Source of the DNA: an uncultured Mesonia sp.
GTDB lineage: Bacteria > Bacteroidota > Bacteroidia > Flavobacteriales > Flavobacteriaceae
Length of the DNA: 64,000 nucleotides
Direction: 5' to 3'
NCBI GenBank assembly: GCA_958296185.1
Contig: CATQIB010000010.1
Span: forward strand, 17,863 to 81,862
Shown here: in pieces, positions 28,806-38,836 of the stretch
How positions within the stretch are numbered: the first letter of the stretch is position 1
How the letters are laid out: the number at the start of each line of letters is the position of its first letter
Notes under the pieces: model-generated
What the model saw: only the letters and a program-made list of their open reading frames with translations
Databases searched by the model: none
What the model was told of the DNA's origin: nothing
Translations under genes and position numbers: made by a program

Positions 28806-29274
28806 AGTTCGGTATACGAATTACTAAACCTGTAAAAATATCAGAGGGCTCTGTTAGAATTGGCTTATTAGCATTTATTATTTTATCAGTATAGCTGTCT
28901 TCTCCATAAAATCGTTTGGCAATTTTTTTTAAATTGTCCTCAGGAGTTACTTCATAAAACTGTGAAGGTTTCTTGGCGTCAGTTGCGCCACTAGTTGATT
29001 CCTGGTAAAGAGACATTCTGTCATTCACACAGGCAATACCTTTGGCGTTTCCTAAAAGTAATATAATTATCTCTTTGGTTTTTTGGCAATTTACTTCACC
29101 ATAAACCGTCAAGATTCCGTCTATTAACTCTAAATTTAAATCGTGAATGTTCATCTTGTGAATATTTAGCAAATTGCGCATGTTCTGTATGGCTTGCGCA
29201 TTGGCTTCGGCAGTAGTGTGCTCAAAATCAAAAAGGCAAATTCCCTTGCTTTTATCAAACAAAAAAGATTTCAT
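28804..29274 (-). CDS. BON + LysM domain protein (Kbp/YgaU-like)
   Basis: 156 aa. BON-like segment (LTVYGEVNCQKTKEIIILLLGNAKGIACVNDRM) followed by a C-terminal LysM (YEVTPEDNLKKIAKRFYG...VIRIP). Confidence 0.75.
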   Translation of the reverse strand: MKSFLFDKSKGICLFDFEHTTAEANAQAIQNMRNLLNIHKMNIHDLNLELIDGILTVYGEVNCQKTKEIIILLLGNAKGIACVNDRMSLYQESTSGATDAKKPSQFYEVTPEDNLKKIAKRFYGEDSYTDKIINANKPILTEPSDIFTGLVIRIPN

Positions 29275-29402
29275 AAAATACTTTTTATTAAAGATACACT
29301 AGTGTTAAGCCTTGCGGAAATTTTTGTTTATAAATACTTGTTAAAAAACTTGAGGAAATATTTATTGTCTGTCAGGTTATTTTTAAATATTAAATTTGGT
29401 GC

Positions 29403-29410
29403 TATTTTTG
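29403..29410 (+). promoter_or_regulatory. -7 box TATTTTTG (zinc metallopeptidase gene)
   Basis: Exact match 35 nt upstream of the ATG at 29446. A second TAAATTTG sits at 29391-29398. Confidence 0.45.
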
Positions 29411-29445
29411 CTAGTTGAGTGCTAAACAATAAAAGTTGATCGACC

Positions 29446-30138
29446 ATGATGGGATATTATGTAATTGCTGGTTTAATTATGCTTGTAAGCTGGTATGTAA
29501 GTAATAAGTTAAAATCTAAATTTAAAAAATACAGCAAAACGCATTTGCAAAACGGTATGAGTGGAGCAGAAATAGCGCGTAAAATGCTAGAGGATAATGG
29601 GATTTATGATGTTAAAGTAATTTCAACACCAGGGCAATTGACAGATCATTACAATCCTAAAGACAAAACCGTTAATCTAAGTGAGGCGGTGTATAATCAA
29701 CGAAATGCTGCTGCGGCAGCTGTGGCGGCCCATGAATGCGGGCACGCCGTACAACACGCGACGGCTTATAGCTGGTTAACAATGAGAAGCCAATTGGTAC
29801 CTATAGTAAGTGTGGCTGCAAATTATAGTCAATGGGTGATAATGGGAGGTCTTATATTAATGTATGCTGTTTCATTGGGAGTGGGTAAAACTGTATTATT
29901 GGCCGGAATTATTATGTTTGGTTTAGGTACACTCTTTAGTTTTATTACTCTTCCTGTAGAATATGATGCTAGTAACCGTGCGCTAGCTTGGCTTGAAGAG
30001 AAACAAATTGTTACCCGTACAGAATATGATGATTCTAAAGATGCGCTTAAATGGGCCGCAAGAACTTATGTGGTAGCAGCTGTAGGCTCATTAGCTACGC
30101 TATTGTATTTTGTAAGTGTTTATCTGAGTAGAGATTAA
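29446..30138 (+). CDS. membrane zinc metallopeptidase (YugP-like)
   Basis: 230 aa. HECGHAVQH zinc-binding motif, one N-terminal TM and C-terminal TMs. A TATTTTTG -7 box lies 35 nt upstream. Confidence 0.85.
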   Translation: MMGYYVIAGLIMLVSWYVSNKLKSKFKKYSKTHLQNGMSGAEIARKMLEDNGIYDVKVISTPGQLTDHYNPKDKTVNLSEAVYNQRNAAAAAVAAHECGHAVQHATAYSWLTMRSQLVPIVSVAANYSQWVIMGGLILMYAVSLGVGKTVLLAGIIMFGLGTLFSFITLPVEYDASNRALAWLEEKQIVTRTEYDDSKDALKWAARTYVVAAVGSLATLLYFVSVYLSRD

Positions 30139-30151
30139 AAGGATAATTAAT

Positions 30152-30192
30152 AAAAAAAAGCCGACTTACCTGGTGGTAAGTCGGCTTTTTTT
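30152..30192. terminator. bidirectional terminator between the zinc peptidase and saccharopine dehydrogenase genes
   Basis: 11-bp GC-rich stem gccgacttacc / ggtaagtcggc with loop tggt, flanked by A8 and T7. Confidence 0.85.
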
Positions 30193-31561
30193 ATCCTACT
30201 ACATTATCAATATTGTAGCCTAGATACGGAACTTCCTTTTCTCTAAATACAATTCCGAAGTCTTCGAGTTCTTTTAAAATGGGCTCATAGACCTCCTGAT
30301 TTATGGGGCGTAAAACACCTGGAGTTTTAATTTCCTTATTAAGTATTTTTATAGTAGCAATACCTACTGGTAAGCCCACCGTTTTTGCCATAGCGGTGAA
30401 GGTTTGATCTTCACCAATATGCACCATAGTAGAGTCAATTTGTTTTTTCTCTCCGTTTAATTCATAACCAAATTTATGGTACATAACAATCATATCTTTA
30501 TCATCTGGAGCCAAAGTCCATTTCTCTTCTAAGATTTTTTGAAGCGCTTGTGCAGGCGTTGCATCTTTTATACCTATGGTTTTATTTTTATTAAATAAAT
30601 CAAGTTCAAGTAACTTTTCCCACATCAAATCATCTTGATCAATCTTTAAAGAATGACGCATTTTCAATTCTACCGAGTCTGTAGGAGAATATGGTAAGAA
30701 TGCATTTATAAAATCGCGGTAGCTCATATGCTCCGTATTTTGCATAGTATAGGTGTCATCAGTCATTCCAAGTTGAACAAACATATTCCAAGCTTTACTA
30801 AAGCCTACTCGGCGTAGCGTTCCGCGATAAAGGGTTTTAATATCTTCAAGTCCGTAAACCTTTTGGTAAGCTAGCGAGTTGCGATTGGCTAAACCTTCGA
30901 ATTTACCATAGCCTTCCACTTCAAGAAATTCGGTTCTTCTAAAAAGGCGGTGGTAGGGAATGTATTTGTACTGGCCTTCTTGAATAAATTCAGCAGCGCC
31001 ACCTTGGCCAGCCACTACTACATTTCGAGGATTCCAGGTGAATTTATAATGCCAAAGATTATTATCGCTTTCAGGAGCAACTAAGCCTCCTGTAAATGAT
31101 TCGAATAAGAGCATCTTGCCGCCAGACTGGCGAATGCGATCAATCACCTGCATAGCGCTCATATGGTCAATTCCAGGGTCAACACCTATTTCATTCATGA
31201 AAATAAGCCCTTTGCTTTTTACTTGTTCGCTTAGAGCTTCCATCTCCTTACTCACATAAGAAGCAGTTACTAGATTTTTTTCTAAGCTAATACAGTCTTT
31301 AGCAACCTCGATGTGAAAGCGAGCGGGAAGCATAGAAATCACAATATCGGCTTCGCTTATAGCGGATTTTCGATCGTTTTCATTAAAAATATCTAAGCTT
31401 AAGGCTTTAGAATTCTTATGGTTGCCAGCCAGTTTTTGGGCTTGTTCTAGGTTCAAGTCCGCGATTACTAACCTTAAATTTTCTTGGTCTGATTTGTTTT
31501 GTAAATATTGTATAAGGGCCGAAGTAGATTTTCCGGCACCAATAATAAGAATACTTCTCAT
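30191..31561 (-). CDS. saccharopine dehydrogenase family protein
   Basis: 456 aa. Rossmann N-terminus ILIIGAGKSTSAL. Length and architecture match saccharopine dehydrogenase/reductase. Confidence 0.85.
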   Translation of the reverse strand: MRSILIIGAGKSTSALIQYLQNKSDQENLRLVIADLNLEQAQKLAGNHKNSKALSLDIFNENDRKSAISEADIVISMLPARFHIEVAKDCISLEKNLVTASYVSKEMEALSEQVKSKGLIFMNEIGVDPGIDHMSAMQVIDRIRQSGGKMLLFESFTGGLVAPESDNNLWHYKFTWNPRNVVVAGQGGAAEFIQEGQYKYIPYHRLFRRTEFLEVEGYGKFEGLANRNSLAYQKVYGLEDIKTLYRGTLRRVGFSKAWNMFVQLGMTDDTYTMQNTEHMSYRDFINAFLPYSPTDSVELKMRHSLKIDQDDLMWEKLLELDLFNKNKTIGIKDATPAQALQKILEEKWTLAPDDKDMIVMYHKFGYELNGEKKQIDSTMVHIGEDQTFTAMAKTVGLPVGIATIKILNKEIKTPGVLRPINQEVYEPILKELEDFGIVFREKEVPYLGYNIDNVVG

Positions 31562-31579
31562 AAGTTAAACTAAGTTGAT

Positions 31580-31587
31580 TAAATTTG
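31580..31587 (+). promoter_or_regulatory. -7 box TAAATTTG (DUF423 gene)
   Basis: Exact match 44 nt upstream of the ATG at 31632. Confidence 0.45.
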
Positions 31588-31631
31588 TGTTTCGTTTCCG
31601 AAAGTAATAAAATTTAATTCGGCTTAAAAAT

Positions 31632-32021
31632 ATGCAAAAGAAATTATTGATTTTGGGTGCCGTACTAGGTCTATTGGGCGTAATTTTAGGCGCTTTTGCT
31701 AGTCACGGTTTAGAAAAATTATTGACTAGTGAACAGCTTGAAACCTTTCAAGTAGGTGTGCGTTACCAGTTTTATCACGCCTTTCTAGCTTTAGTTTTGG
31801 GGAGCACCACATTTATTTCTAATAAAGCAAAAAATATTTTGTTTGTGCTCTTGCTCTCTGGTGTGACATTATTTTCAGGGTCAATTTATGGGTTGTCAAC
31901 CAACTCTTTAACCGGCTTTGATTTTACCAAAATTGCGCTGCTAACGCCAACAGGAGGCTTACTTCTGATTAGCGCTTGGGTGCTTATTTTATTTCAGGTG
32001 CTTAAAATGAAAACTAAATAA
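31632..32021 (+). CDS. DUF423 (YgdD-like) membrane protein
   Basis: 129 aa with four TM and GAFASHGL near the N-terminus. A TAAATTTG -7 box lies 44 nt upstream. Confidence 0.8.
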   Translation: MQKKLLILGAVLGLLGVILGAFASHGLEKLLTSEQLETFQVGVRYQFYHAFLALVLGSTTFISNKAKNILFVLLLSGVTLFSGSIYGLSTNSLTGFDFTKIALLTPTGGLLLISAWVLILFQVLKMKTK

Positions 32022-32057
32022 AAGAAAGCTAATTCTTTATATGTTAGTGAATATTGT

Positions 32058-32065
32058 TATTTTTG
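32058..32065 (+). promoter_or_regulatory. -7 box TATTTTTG (pckA)
   Basis: Exact match 27 nt upstream of the ATG at 32093. Confidence 0.55.
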
Positions 32066-32092
32066 TTCAAAGAACACAACTCAAAATTTTTT

Positions 32093-33688
32093 ATGGTGGA
32101 CAATAATAAAACCACGCAAGAATTTTCGCTAGAAAATTACGGTATAAAAGACGCAAAAATCAATTATCAACTTTCTTCTGAAGAACTTCACGAAATCACT
32201 GTGCAAAAAGGTCAAGGTGTAACGGTGAACTCTGGTGCTCTGGCCGTAAATACGGGAGAGTTTACAGGAAGATCGCCCAAAGATCGATTTATTGTAAAAG
32301 ATGATGTTACACAAGATGAGGTTTGGTGGGGAGATGTAAATATACCTTTTGACCCAGCTAAATTTGATGCCCTTTATGCAAAGGTTGTAGATTACCTATC
32401 GGGTAAAGAAGTTTTTGTAAGAGATGCATATGCTTGTGCAGATAAATCATATCAATTAAACATTCGCGTTATCAATGAATTGCCTTGGAGCAATATGTTT
32501 GCGCATAATATGTTTTTAAGACCAACCGAAGAAGAATTAAAAGATTTTTCTCCAGAATGGACGGTGGTAAACGCACCTAACTTTATGGCTGATCCAGAAA
32601 TAGACGGTACAAGACAGCATAATTTTGCTATCTTAAACTTTAAAAAGAAAATTGCGCTTATAGGTGGTACTGGTTATACCGGCGAAATCAAAAAAGGTAT
32701 TTTTTCTGCCCTAAACTTTATTTTACCTGTAAATAAAAATACGCTACCTATGCATTGTTCTGCAAACGTTGGCGAGGCAGGTGATACGGCAATATTTTTT
32801 GGCTTGTCGGGTACGGGTAAAACTACCTTGTCGGCCGATCCAGAGCGTAAACTTATAGGTGATGATGAGCACGGATGGACAGCCGAAAACAAGATCTTTA
32901 ATTTTGAGGGAGGTTGCTATGCTAAAGTAATAAACCTTTCTTCAGAAAAAGAACCAGACATCTATGGAGCTATTAAACCTGGAGCCATTCTTGAGAACGT
33001 AATCATAAAAGATGGAGAGGTAGATTTTGATGATACTAGTATTACTCAAAACACTAGAGTAAGCTACCCTATTTATCACATTAACAACATTAAAGAGCCT
33101 TCGGTAGGAGAAAACCCGAAAAATATTTTCTTTTTAACTGCAGATGCTTTTGGAGTTTTGCCTCCTATCAGTAAGCTTACACCAGGGCAGGCAGCTTACC
33201 ATTTTATAAGTGGTTATACTGCAAAAGTGGCAGGAACAGAAGCGGGTATTACAGAGCCTGTACCTAGTTTTTCTGCTTGTTTTGGAGCACCATTTATGCC
33301 ACTACATCCAACGCGTTATGCAGAAATGCTAAGCCATAAAATGCAAGAGGCAAATGTAAATGTTTGGTTGATTAATACGGGGTGGACAGGTGGCCCTTAC
33401 GGAATCGGTTCTAGGATGAAATTAAAATACACGCGTGAAATGATTTCTTCTGCTTTAGAAGGTTTACTATCTGATGTAGAGTATCAAGAGCATCCTATTT
33501 TTGGCCTACAAATGCCAATATCTTGCCCTAATGTACCCAATGAGGTGCTTAACCCAAGAGATACTTGGAAAGATAAAGAGGCTTACGATATTAAAGCCAA
33601 AGAATTAGCTTTATTCTTTAAAAATAACTTTAAGAAGTTTGAAGAATATGCCAATGAAGAAATTATGAATGGCGGACCCAAGGCATAA
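32093..33688 (+). CDS. pckA: phosphoenolpyruvate carboxykinase (ATP)
   Basis: About 531 aa. Kinase-1a loop GLSGTGKTTLS and IGDDEHGW. A TATTTTTG -7 box at 32058-32065 lies downstream of the ORF-track TTG start (32054), so the ATG at 32093 is preferred. Confidence 0.93.
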   Translation: MVDNNKTTQEFSLENYGIKDAKINYQLSSEELHEITVQKGQGVTVNSGALAVNTGEFTGRSPKDRFIVKDDVTQDEVWWGDVNIPFDPAKFDALYAKVVDYLSGKEVFVRDAYACADKSYQLNIRVINELPWSNMFAHNMFLRPTEEELKDFSPEWTVVNAPNFMADPEIDGTRQHNFAILNFKKKIALIGGTGYTGEIKKGIFSALNFILPVNKNTLPMHCSANVGEAGDTAIFFGLSGTGKTTLSADPERKLIGDDEHGWTAENKIFNFEGGCYAKVINLSSEKEPDIYGAIKPGAILENVIIKDGEVDFDDTSITQNTRVSYPIYHINNIKEPSVGENPKNIFFLTADAFGVLPPISKLTPGQAAYHFISGYTAKVAGTEAGITEPVPSFSACFGAPFMPLHPTRYAEMLSHKMQEANVNVWLINTGWTGGPYGIGSRMKLKYTREMISSALEGLLSDVEYQEHPIFGLQMPISCPNVPNEVLNPRDTWKDKEAYDIKAKELALFFKNNFKKFEEYANEEIMNGGPKA

Positions 33689-33707
33689 AACTTAAATGTA
33701 TTATTAC

Positions 33708-33740
33708 AAAAAAGAGGCGGTTTAAAACCGCCTCTTTTTT
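33708..33740. terminator. bidirectional terminator between pckA and the HemD-family gene
   Basis: Stem agaggcgg / ccgcctct with a 7-nt loop, flanked by A6 and T6. Confidence 0.85.
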
Positions 33741-33763
33741 GTAATAATAATAAAAACTTGAAA

Positions 33764-34510
33764 CTATTTTTTGTTATGCTCTTTAATATATTTTTCTAAA
33801 GCCATTGTCATTGATGGAGTCTCTGGAGTTGGAGCTTTGATATTTACCTCCAAACCATGTTCTTTGGCAGCCTTAATTGTAGAATTCCCAAAGACAGCGA
33901 CACGCGTATTATTTTGTTTAAAGTCTGGAAAATTCTCGAAAAGTGATTTTATACCACTCGGACTAAAAAATACCAATACATCATAAAAAACTTTTTCTAA
34001 ATGAGAAAGATCGCTAACAACAGTTTTATAAAATATACCTCGTTTCCAGTTTACTTTTATCTTATCTAATTCTTTTGGAATTAATGGTTTAAGCATGTCT
34101 GAAGAAGGGAGTAAAAACTTTTCGGTTTTGTACTTTTTAATTAAAGGTATAAGCTCAGGAAAAGTACGCTTACCCACGTAAATCTTTCTCTTGCGGTATA
34201 CTACGTATTTTTGTAAATAATAAGCAACAGCTTCACTCTGGCAAAAGTATTTCATAGTGTCAGGTACCTCATAGCGCATCTCTTTAGCAATTCTAAAGAA
34301 ATGGTCTACTGCATTTCTACTTGTTAGAATTATAGCCGTGAATTGACTCAGATCTATCTTTTGCTGCCTAACATCTTTTGAGGTTACCCCTTCTACGTGT
34401 ATAAAAGGAATAAAATCAATTTTCACCTTTTGTCTCTCCTCCAACTCTGTATAGGGAGAGTTCTCCATCTTTGGTTCTGGCTGAGAAATTAAAATTGTTT
34501 TTACTTTCAT
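33764..34510 (-). CDS. uroporphyrinogen-III synthase (HemD) family protein
   Basis: 248 aa with a two-lobed HEM4-like pattern (ILISQP...AIILTSRNAVDHFF...VFFSPSGIKSL). The enzymatic role cannot be verified from sequence alone. Confidence 0.7.
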   Translation of the reverse strand: MKVKTILISQPEPKMENSPYTELEERQKVKIDFIPFIHVEGVTSKDVRQQKIDLSQFTAIILTSRNAVDHFFRIAKEMRYEVPDTMKYFCQSEAVAYYLQKYVVYRKRKIYVGKRTFPELIPLIKKYKTEKFLLPSSDMLKPLIPKELDKIKVNWKRGIFYKTVVSDLSHLEKVFYDVLVFFSPSGIKSLFENFPDFKQNNTRVAVFGNSTIKAAKEHGLEVNIKAPTPETPSMTMALEKYIKEHNKK

Positions 34511-34538
34511 CGATAAGCTGTTTGTTAAATGCTGTTTT

Positions 34539-35201
34539 TTATGTAATCACTTTATATAAAATAATATAGGGAGCGATTTCAAGGCTGCAAAGGTACAAAA
34601 TAAAATAATACCAATACAATATAAGCGACTTTTGCTGTTTTATGTAATAAACAATCAAGCCACCTGTTTGCAGAAGAACCATCATTCCAATGCAGATTAA
34701 ACTGATTAATCTATGGTAGTTTAGCGTATAAATCAATAAAAATAATAAGGGTATGAAGTATAAACTAAAAAGGTTGCGATAAGTGATTTTATAAAAAATA
34801 TAATTATCGATTAAGGGTTCGATTTTAAATACTACGGCCGTTATTTTCTCAACTAAATATTTTAAAATACTTAGCGCAGCAAAAATCACAAGAATTTGAA
34901 GGTATAAATTAAAATTGTATGTTGTAGAAAGTAAATCGGTTGCTTTGAATAAAACAAATAAACCTAAACTGGCAATTAGTTGATGAGCTAAAAACAAAAG
35001 CAGACTAAACAGGCTTACAACATTTGGGCTTTTTTTGTATTGTGTAAAATAAACATTTGAACGATACAACTCCTTAAATTGAATAAACCGATTGCCAAAG
35101 GCACGAGCCGTACCGGCTATAAGAGCCATGGCTATAAGTAAAACAAAAATAATCCAATCTTGCGGTATTAAATTTCTAAGGCTGATATCCAAGCTACACA
35201 A
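34539..35201 (-). CDS. DUF4271-like polytopic membrane protein
   Basis: 220 aa with about 6 TM. TTG start in the ORF track, so the start is uncertain. Lies directly downstream of the HemD-family gene. Confidence 0.65.
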   Translation of the reverse strand: MCSLDISLRNLIPQDWIIFVLLIAMALIAGTARAFGNRFIQFKELYRSNVYFTQYKKSPNVVSLFSLLLFLAHQLIASLGLFVLFKATDLLSTTYNFNLYLQILVIFAALSILKYLVEKITAVVFKIEPLIDNYIFYKITYRNLFSLYFIPLLFLLIYTLNYHRLISLICIGMMVLLQTGGLIVYYIKQQKSLILYWYYFILYLCSLEIAPYIILYKVIT

Positions 35202-35263
35202 TTTATTTGCAAATTTAAGACTAAATTGACGGATAGGGCTTAATATTTCATCCTAAAAATAAG

Positions 35264-35271
35264 TACATTTG
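35264..35271 (+). promoter_or_regulatory. -7 box TACATTTG (GT2 mannose-phosphate synthase-like gene)
   Basis: Exact match 12 nt upstream of the ATG at 35284. Confidence 0.5.
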
Positions 35272-35283
35272 TCACCAAAAAAT

Positions 35284-36012
35284 ATGTCCAATCGCTTAGT
35301 CATCATACCTACCTATAACGAGGCCGAGAATATTGGGCATATTCTGGATGCTATTTTGCGCCTTCCGCTTAGCTTTGACGTTTTGGTGGTAGACGATAAT
35401 TCGCCAGATGGTACTGCAACCTTGGTAGAAGAGAAAAAGCAACTGTACAAAGATTGCATTCATTTGCTTTCTAGGTCAAGTAAATCAGGATTGGGTACGG
35501 CCTATATTGCCGGATTTAAGTGGGCTCTAGCGCGTAGTTATACTCATATTTTTGAAATGGATGCCGACTTTTCTCACAACCCAAAAGATTTGGTACGTTT
35601 GTTTAATGCTTGTGAAGAAAACGAGGCTCAAGTGAGCATAGGGTCGCGGTATGTTACTGGGGTTAATGTTGTTAATTGGCCTATGAAACGTATACTGTTG
35701 TCATATACGGCCTCTAAATATGTTAAGTTCATTACCGGTATGCCCATCCACGATACTACGGCTGGTTTTGTCTGCTATAAGCGAGAAGTATTATCAGGTA
35801 TTAATTTAGATAAAATACAATTTATAGGCTATGCTTTTCAAATTGAAATGAAATTTAAAGCATATTTGAAGAAATTTAAGATTGTAGAAGTTCCAGTAAT
35901 TTTCACAGACAGAGAAAGAGGAAATTCAAAAATGAACGGGCGCATAATTTCGGAAGCGATTTTTGGCGTTATTAAAATGAAATTTAAGAGTTTATTCGGT
36001 AAAGAATTATGA
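35284..36012 (+). CDS. polyprenol-phosphate mannose synthase-like GT2 glycosyltransferase
   Basis: Motifs VIIPTYNEAENI, VVDDNSPDGT and EMDADFSH. A TACATTTG -7 box (35264-35271) overlaps the ORF-track TTG start, so the ATG at 35284 is preferred. Confidence 0.88.
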   Translation: MSNRLVIIPTYNEAENIGHILDAILRLPLSFDVLVVDDNSPDGTATLVEEKKQLYKDCIHLLSRSSKSGLGTAYIAGFKWALARSYTHIFEMDADFSHNPKDLVRLFNACEENEAQVSIGSRYVTGVNVVNWPMKRILLSYTASKYVKFITGMPIHDTTAGFVCYKREVLSGINLDKIQFIGYAFQIEMKFKAYLKKFKIVEVPVIFTDRERGNSKMNGRIISEAIFGVIKMKFKSLFGKEL

Positions 36013-37352
36013 AAAAGATATTGATTAAAAATGCTAAGATTGTAAACGAGGGCAAAGTTGAAGAAGGTGAGGTTTACATTGAAAATGGTACTATTGTTGA
36101 GGTGGCGCCAATCATCAGTGTTAAATCACATGATGTGCAGGTTGTAGATGCCGAAGGGAAATACCTATTACCTGGTGCTATTGATGATCAAGTTCATTTT
36201 AGAGAACCTGGCTTAACGCATAAAGAAGATATAGAACACGGAAGTAAAGCAGCTGTTGCAGGAGGTATAACTTCGTTTATAGAGATGCCTAATACTCAAC
36301 CTCAAACCACTACACACGAAAGGTTTGAAGAAAAGTTTGCCATAGCAGCTAAATCTGCTTACGCCAATTATTCTTTTATGTTTGGAGGTACCAACGATAA
36401 CCTAGAAGAGATAAAAAAAATAGATCCAAAAACCACCCCAGCGCTAAAATTGTTTTTAGGCTCTTCTACTGGAAATATGTTGGTAGATAATGAAGACGTT
36501 TTAAAAGAAATTTTCACGCATTCTCCTGTTTTAATTTGTGTACATTGCGAAGATGAAACTACCATAAAAGATAATTTAGAAGAGTATATAAATAAATATG
36601 GAGAAGATATTCCAGTAGAAAATCATCCCAAGATTAGGAGCGAAAAGGCCTGCTACTTATCGTCATCTCGTGCTATTGCTTTAGCCAAAGAAACCGGTGC
36701 AAGACTTCACGTGTTTCATTTGAGTACAGCTAAGGAAATGGAACTTTTTGATGGGAAAAAGCCCTTAAAGGATAAAAAGATAACCGCCGAGGTTTGTATA
36801 CATCACCTTTGGTTTAATGACACCCATTATGCCGATAAAAAAACCTTGATTAAGTGGAACCCTGCCGTTAAAACACAACAAGATCAGGAAGCCTTGTTTA
36901 AGGCCTTATTGCAAGACAAAATAGACGTTATCGCTACAGACCATGCGCCACATACATTAGAAGAGAAAAATAATGTCTACACCAAAGCACCAAGTGGAGG
37001 GCCTCTAGTACAGCATGCTTTACCGGCCATGCTTCAGTTTTATCATCAAGGTAAGATTACCTTGCCTAAAATTGTCGAAAAAATGTGTCATAATCCGGCC
37101 ATTCTTTTCCAAATTGAAAAGAGAGGTTTTATCCGTGAAGGCTATAAAGCCGATTTGGTTTTAGTCGATCTAAATGCGCCATGGACAGTTCAAAAAGAAA
37201 ATATATTATATAAATGCGGGTGGTCGCCATTTGAAAAAACAACTTTTAAGTCACGAATCACACATACTTTCGTAAATGGTGCATTGGTTTACCATAATTT
37301 TAAAGTATTAGATGTCAAAAATGCGCAAGCTTTAAGTTTTCAAAGATCATGA
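36009..37352 (+). CDS. pyrC: dihydroorotase (amidohydrolase superfamily)
   Basis: 447 aa. Metal-binding motifs DDQVHFREPG and ATDHAPH. ATGA overlap with the upstream gene. Confidence 0.85.
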   Translation: MKKILIKNAKIVNEGKVEEGEVYIENGTIVEVAPIISVKSHDVQVVDAEGKYLLPGAIDDQVHFREPGLTHKEDIEHGSKAAVAGGITSFIEMPNTQPQTTTHERFEEKFAIAAKSAYANYSFMFGGTNDNLEEIKKIDPKTTPALKLFLGSSTGNMLVDNEDVLKEIFTHSPVLICVHCEDETTIKDNLEEYINKYGEDIPVENHPKIRSEKACYLSSSRAIALAKETGARLHVFHLSTAKEMELFDGKKPLKDKKITAEVCIHHLWFNDTHYADKKTLIKWNPAVKTQQDQEALFKALLQDKIDVIATDHAPHTLEEKNNVYTKAPSGGPLVQHALPAMLQFYHQGKITLPKIVEKMCHNPAILFQIEKRGFIREGYKADLVLVDLNAPWTVQKENILYKCGWSPFEKTTFKSRITHTFVNGALVYHNFKVLDVKNAQALSFQRS

Positions 37353-37735
37353 AACATCTAGTTGCACTTTTTCTAATGGTTTTTTTGGGAATAACCGGTT
37401 GCCAGAATATCGAAGAGGCACCAAAGCCAGATTCGCTTATAGATGAAGAAACCATGGTAAATTTGTTATTTGATTTGCATTATACAGATGCAATTCAAGG
37501 GTATAGCGGCACCAAGTTTATGCAACGGGACATAAAGGTGAATAAGTTAATCTTGAAAAAATACAATATAGACAGTCTTACTTTTGTAGAAAACGCGAAT
37601 TACTATTTTGAAGATGCCGAAAGAAACGAACAAATCTATCGAGAAGTTTTAGAGCGTTTAGAAGCTAAAAAGGCGGTTAATGATAGCTTATTGAGAAAAG
37701 AAAAAGAGGTTGAGAAGGCAAATGCCTTACCCTAA
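37349..37735 (+). CDS. DUF4296-like lipoprotein
   Basis: 128 aa with lipobox FLGITGC. ATGA overlap with the dihydroorotase gene. Confidence 0.7.
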   Translation: MKHLVALFLMVFLGITGCQNIEEAPKPDSLIDEETMVNLLFDLHYTDAIQGYSGTKFMQRDIKVNKLILKKYNIDSLTFVENANYYFEDAERNEQIYREVLERLEAKKAVNDSLLRKEKEVEKANALP

Positions 37736-37744
37736 TACTCATTA

Positions 37745-38764
37745 CTATTTTTGTTGAAGATAATGTTGGCAAATCCGTTTGATGCTTTGATTCAAATCGG
37801 TGAATTGAAAATCTAAGTGCTTTAATAATTTTTCTGAGCTATATAGCCTTATAGTATCGCTGTTTCGTACAAAAGTTTTACTGATTTGTTGTCGTGTGCC
37901 CAATAGTTTTCTACCTAAAAATTGAATGAACCACAACAAATATAGTATAGGTTTCTTGGCTTCAAATTTTGGGGCCGGCACCCCCAATTGCTGTGCTGCT
38001 TCCGTAAAAAACTCTTTAAAGCCTAGCGATTGGTTAACAACGATATACGACTCATTTTGTATAGGGCTCTGCATTAGTAAGACCATAATACTACAAAGGT
38101 CTTGAACGTCTGTAAAACCCGTTTTTTTGTTAATGTAAAACTTTGAACCTTTTGCAATTTTTTGAAATAACCTACCGCTACTTTGTTCATAGAATCCTGC
38201 TCCTAGTATAACTCCAGGATTAACAATTATTACTGGTAACTTTTCTTGAGAAGCTCGCCATACTTCCATTTCGGCACCATACTTAGTGATGCTGTAGTTG
38301 CTGTAAACCTGATTGCTTTCTCTTATAGAGGTTTCAGTGATTGGTATTGTAGGTTTTATCTCCTGTCCTAAAGTAGCTATAGAGCTAACGTGGCATAGTT
38401 TGCTAACCCCAGCAGTAAGGGCTAAATTTACTACATTGGCCGTTCCTTCAACATTAACTTTGTATAATTCCTTAAAGCCACGATTCGATGGTTCGTCGGC
38501 CACTAAGCCGGCACAATGGAATACCCATTTTACATTTTGTATAGCCTTATCTAGTTGAGGGATGTCAAGAATAGAGAGCTTTACCCAATTAATGCGCTCT
38601 AAAAGCGAATGAGAAAGTTGATAATAAGAAGCTAATAGCCTTAAGCTGTACTCTTTTTTATACTCTTCTCTATAAATCGCACGTATGTTACTTTCTTGCT
38701 TTTCAAGCAGTTCAGCGAGTAGGTGTGTGCCCACCAAACCTGTTGCTCCTGTCACTAAAATCAT
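37745..38764 (-). CDS. NAD-dependent epimerase/dehydratase family protein
   Basis: 339 aa. Rossmann motif [14 protein letters not shown] and YxxxK context YSITKYGAE. Confidence 0.85.
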   Translation of the reverse strand: MILVTGATGLVGTHLLAELLEKQESNIRAIYREEYKKEYSLRLLASYYQLSHSLLERINWVKLSILDIPQLDKAIQNVKWVFHCAGLVADEPSNRGFKELYKVNVEGTANVVNLALTAGVSKLCHVSSIATLGQEIKPTIPITETSIRESNQVYSNYSITKYGAEMEVWRASQEKLPVIIVNPGVILGAGFYEQSSGRLFQKIAKGSKFYINKKTGFTDVQDLCSIMVLLMQSPIQNESYIVVNQSLGFKEFFTEAAQQLGVPAPKFEAKKPILYLLWFIQFLGRKLLGTRQQISKTFVRNSDTIRLYSSEKLLKHLDFQFTDLNQSIKRICQHYLQQK

Positions 38765-38809
38765 ACTGTAAATATAGGAATTTTTGTGTTTAATAAATAC
38801 AGAAACCAG

Positions 38810-38817
38810 TATCTTTG
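38810..38817 (+). promoter_or_regulatory. -7 box TATCTTTG (tyrS)
   Basis: Exact match 19 nt upstream of the ATG at 38837. Confidence 0.55.
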
Positions 38818-38836
38818 CCTAGATAAATCAGTAATA

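Noticed and set aside
30191-31561. Saccharopine dehydrogenase and glutaryl-CoA dehydrogenase (55141-56319) as a lysine-catabolism cluster.
   Set aside because: The genes are 24 kb apart with unrelated genes between them, so the sequence gives no evidence of co-regulation.
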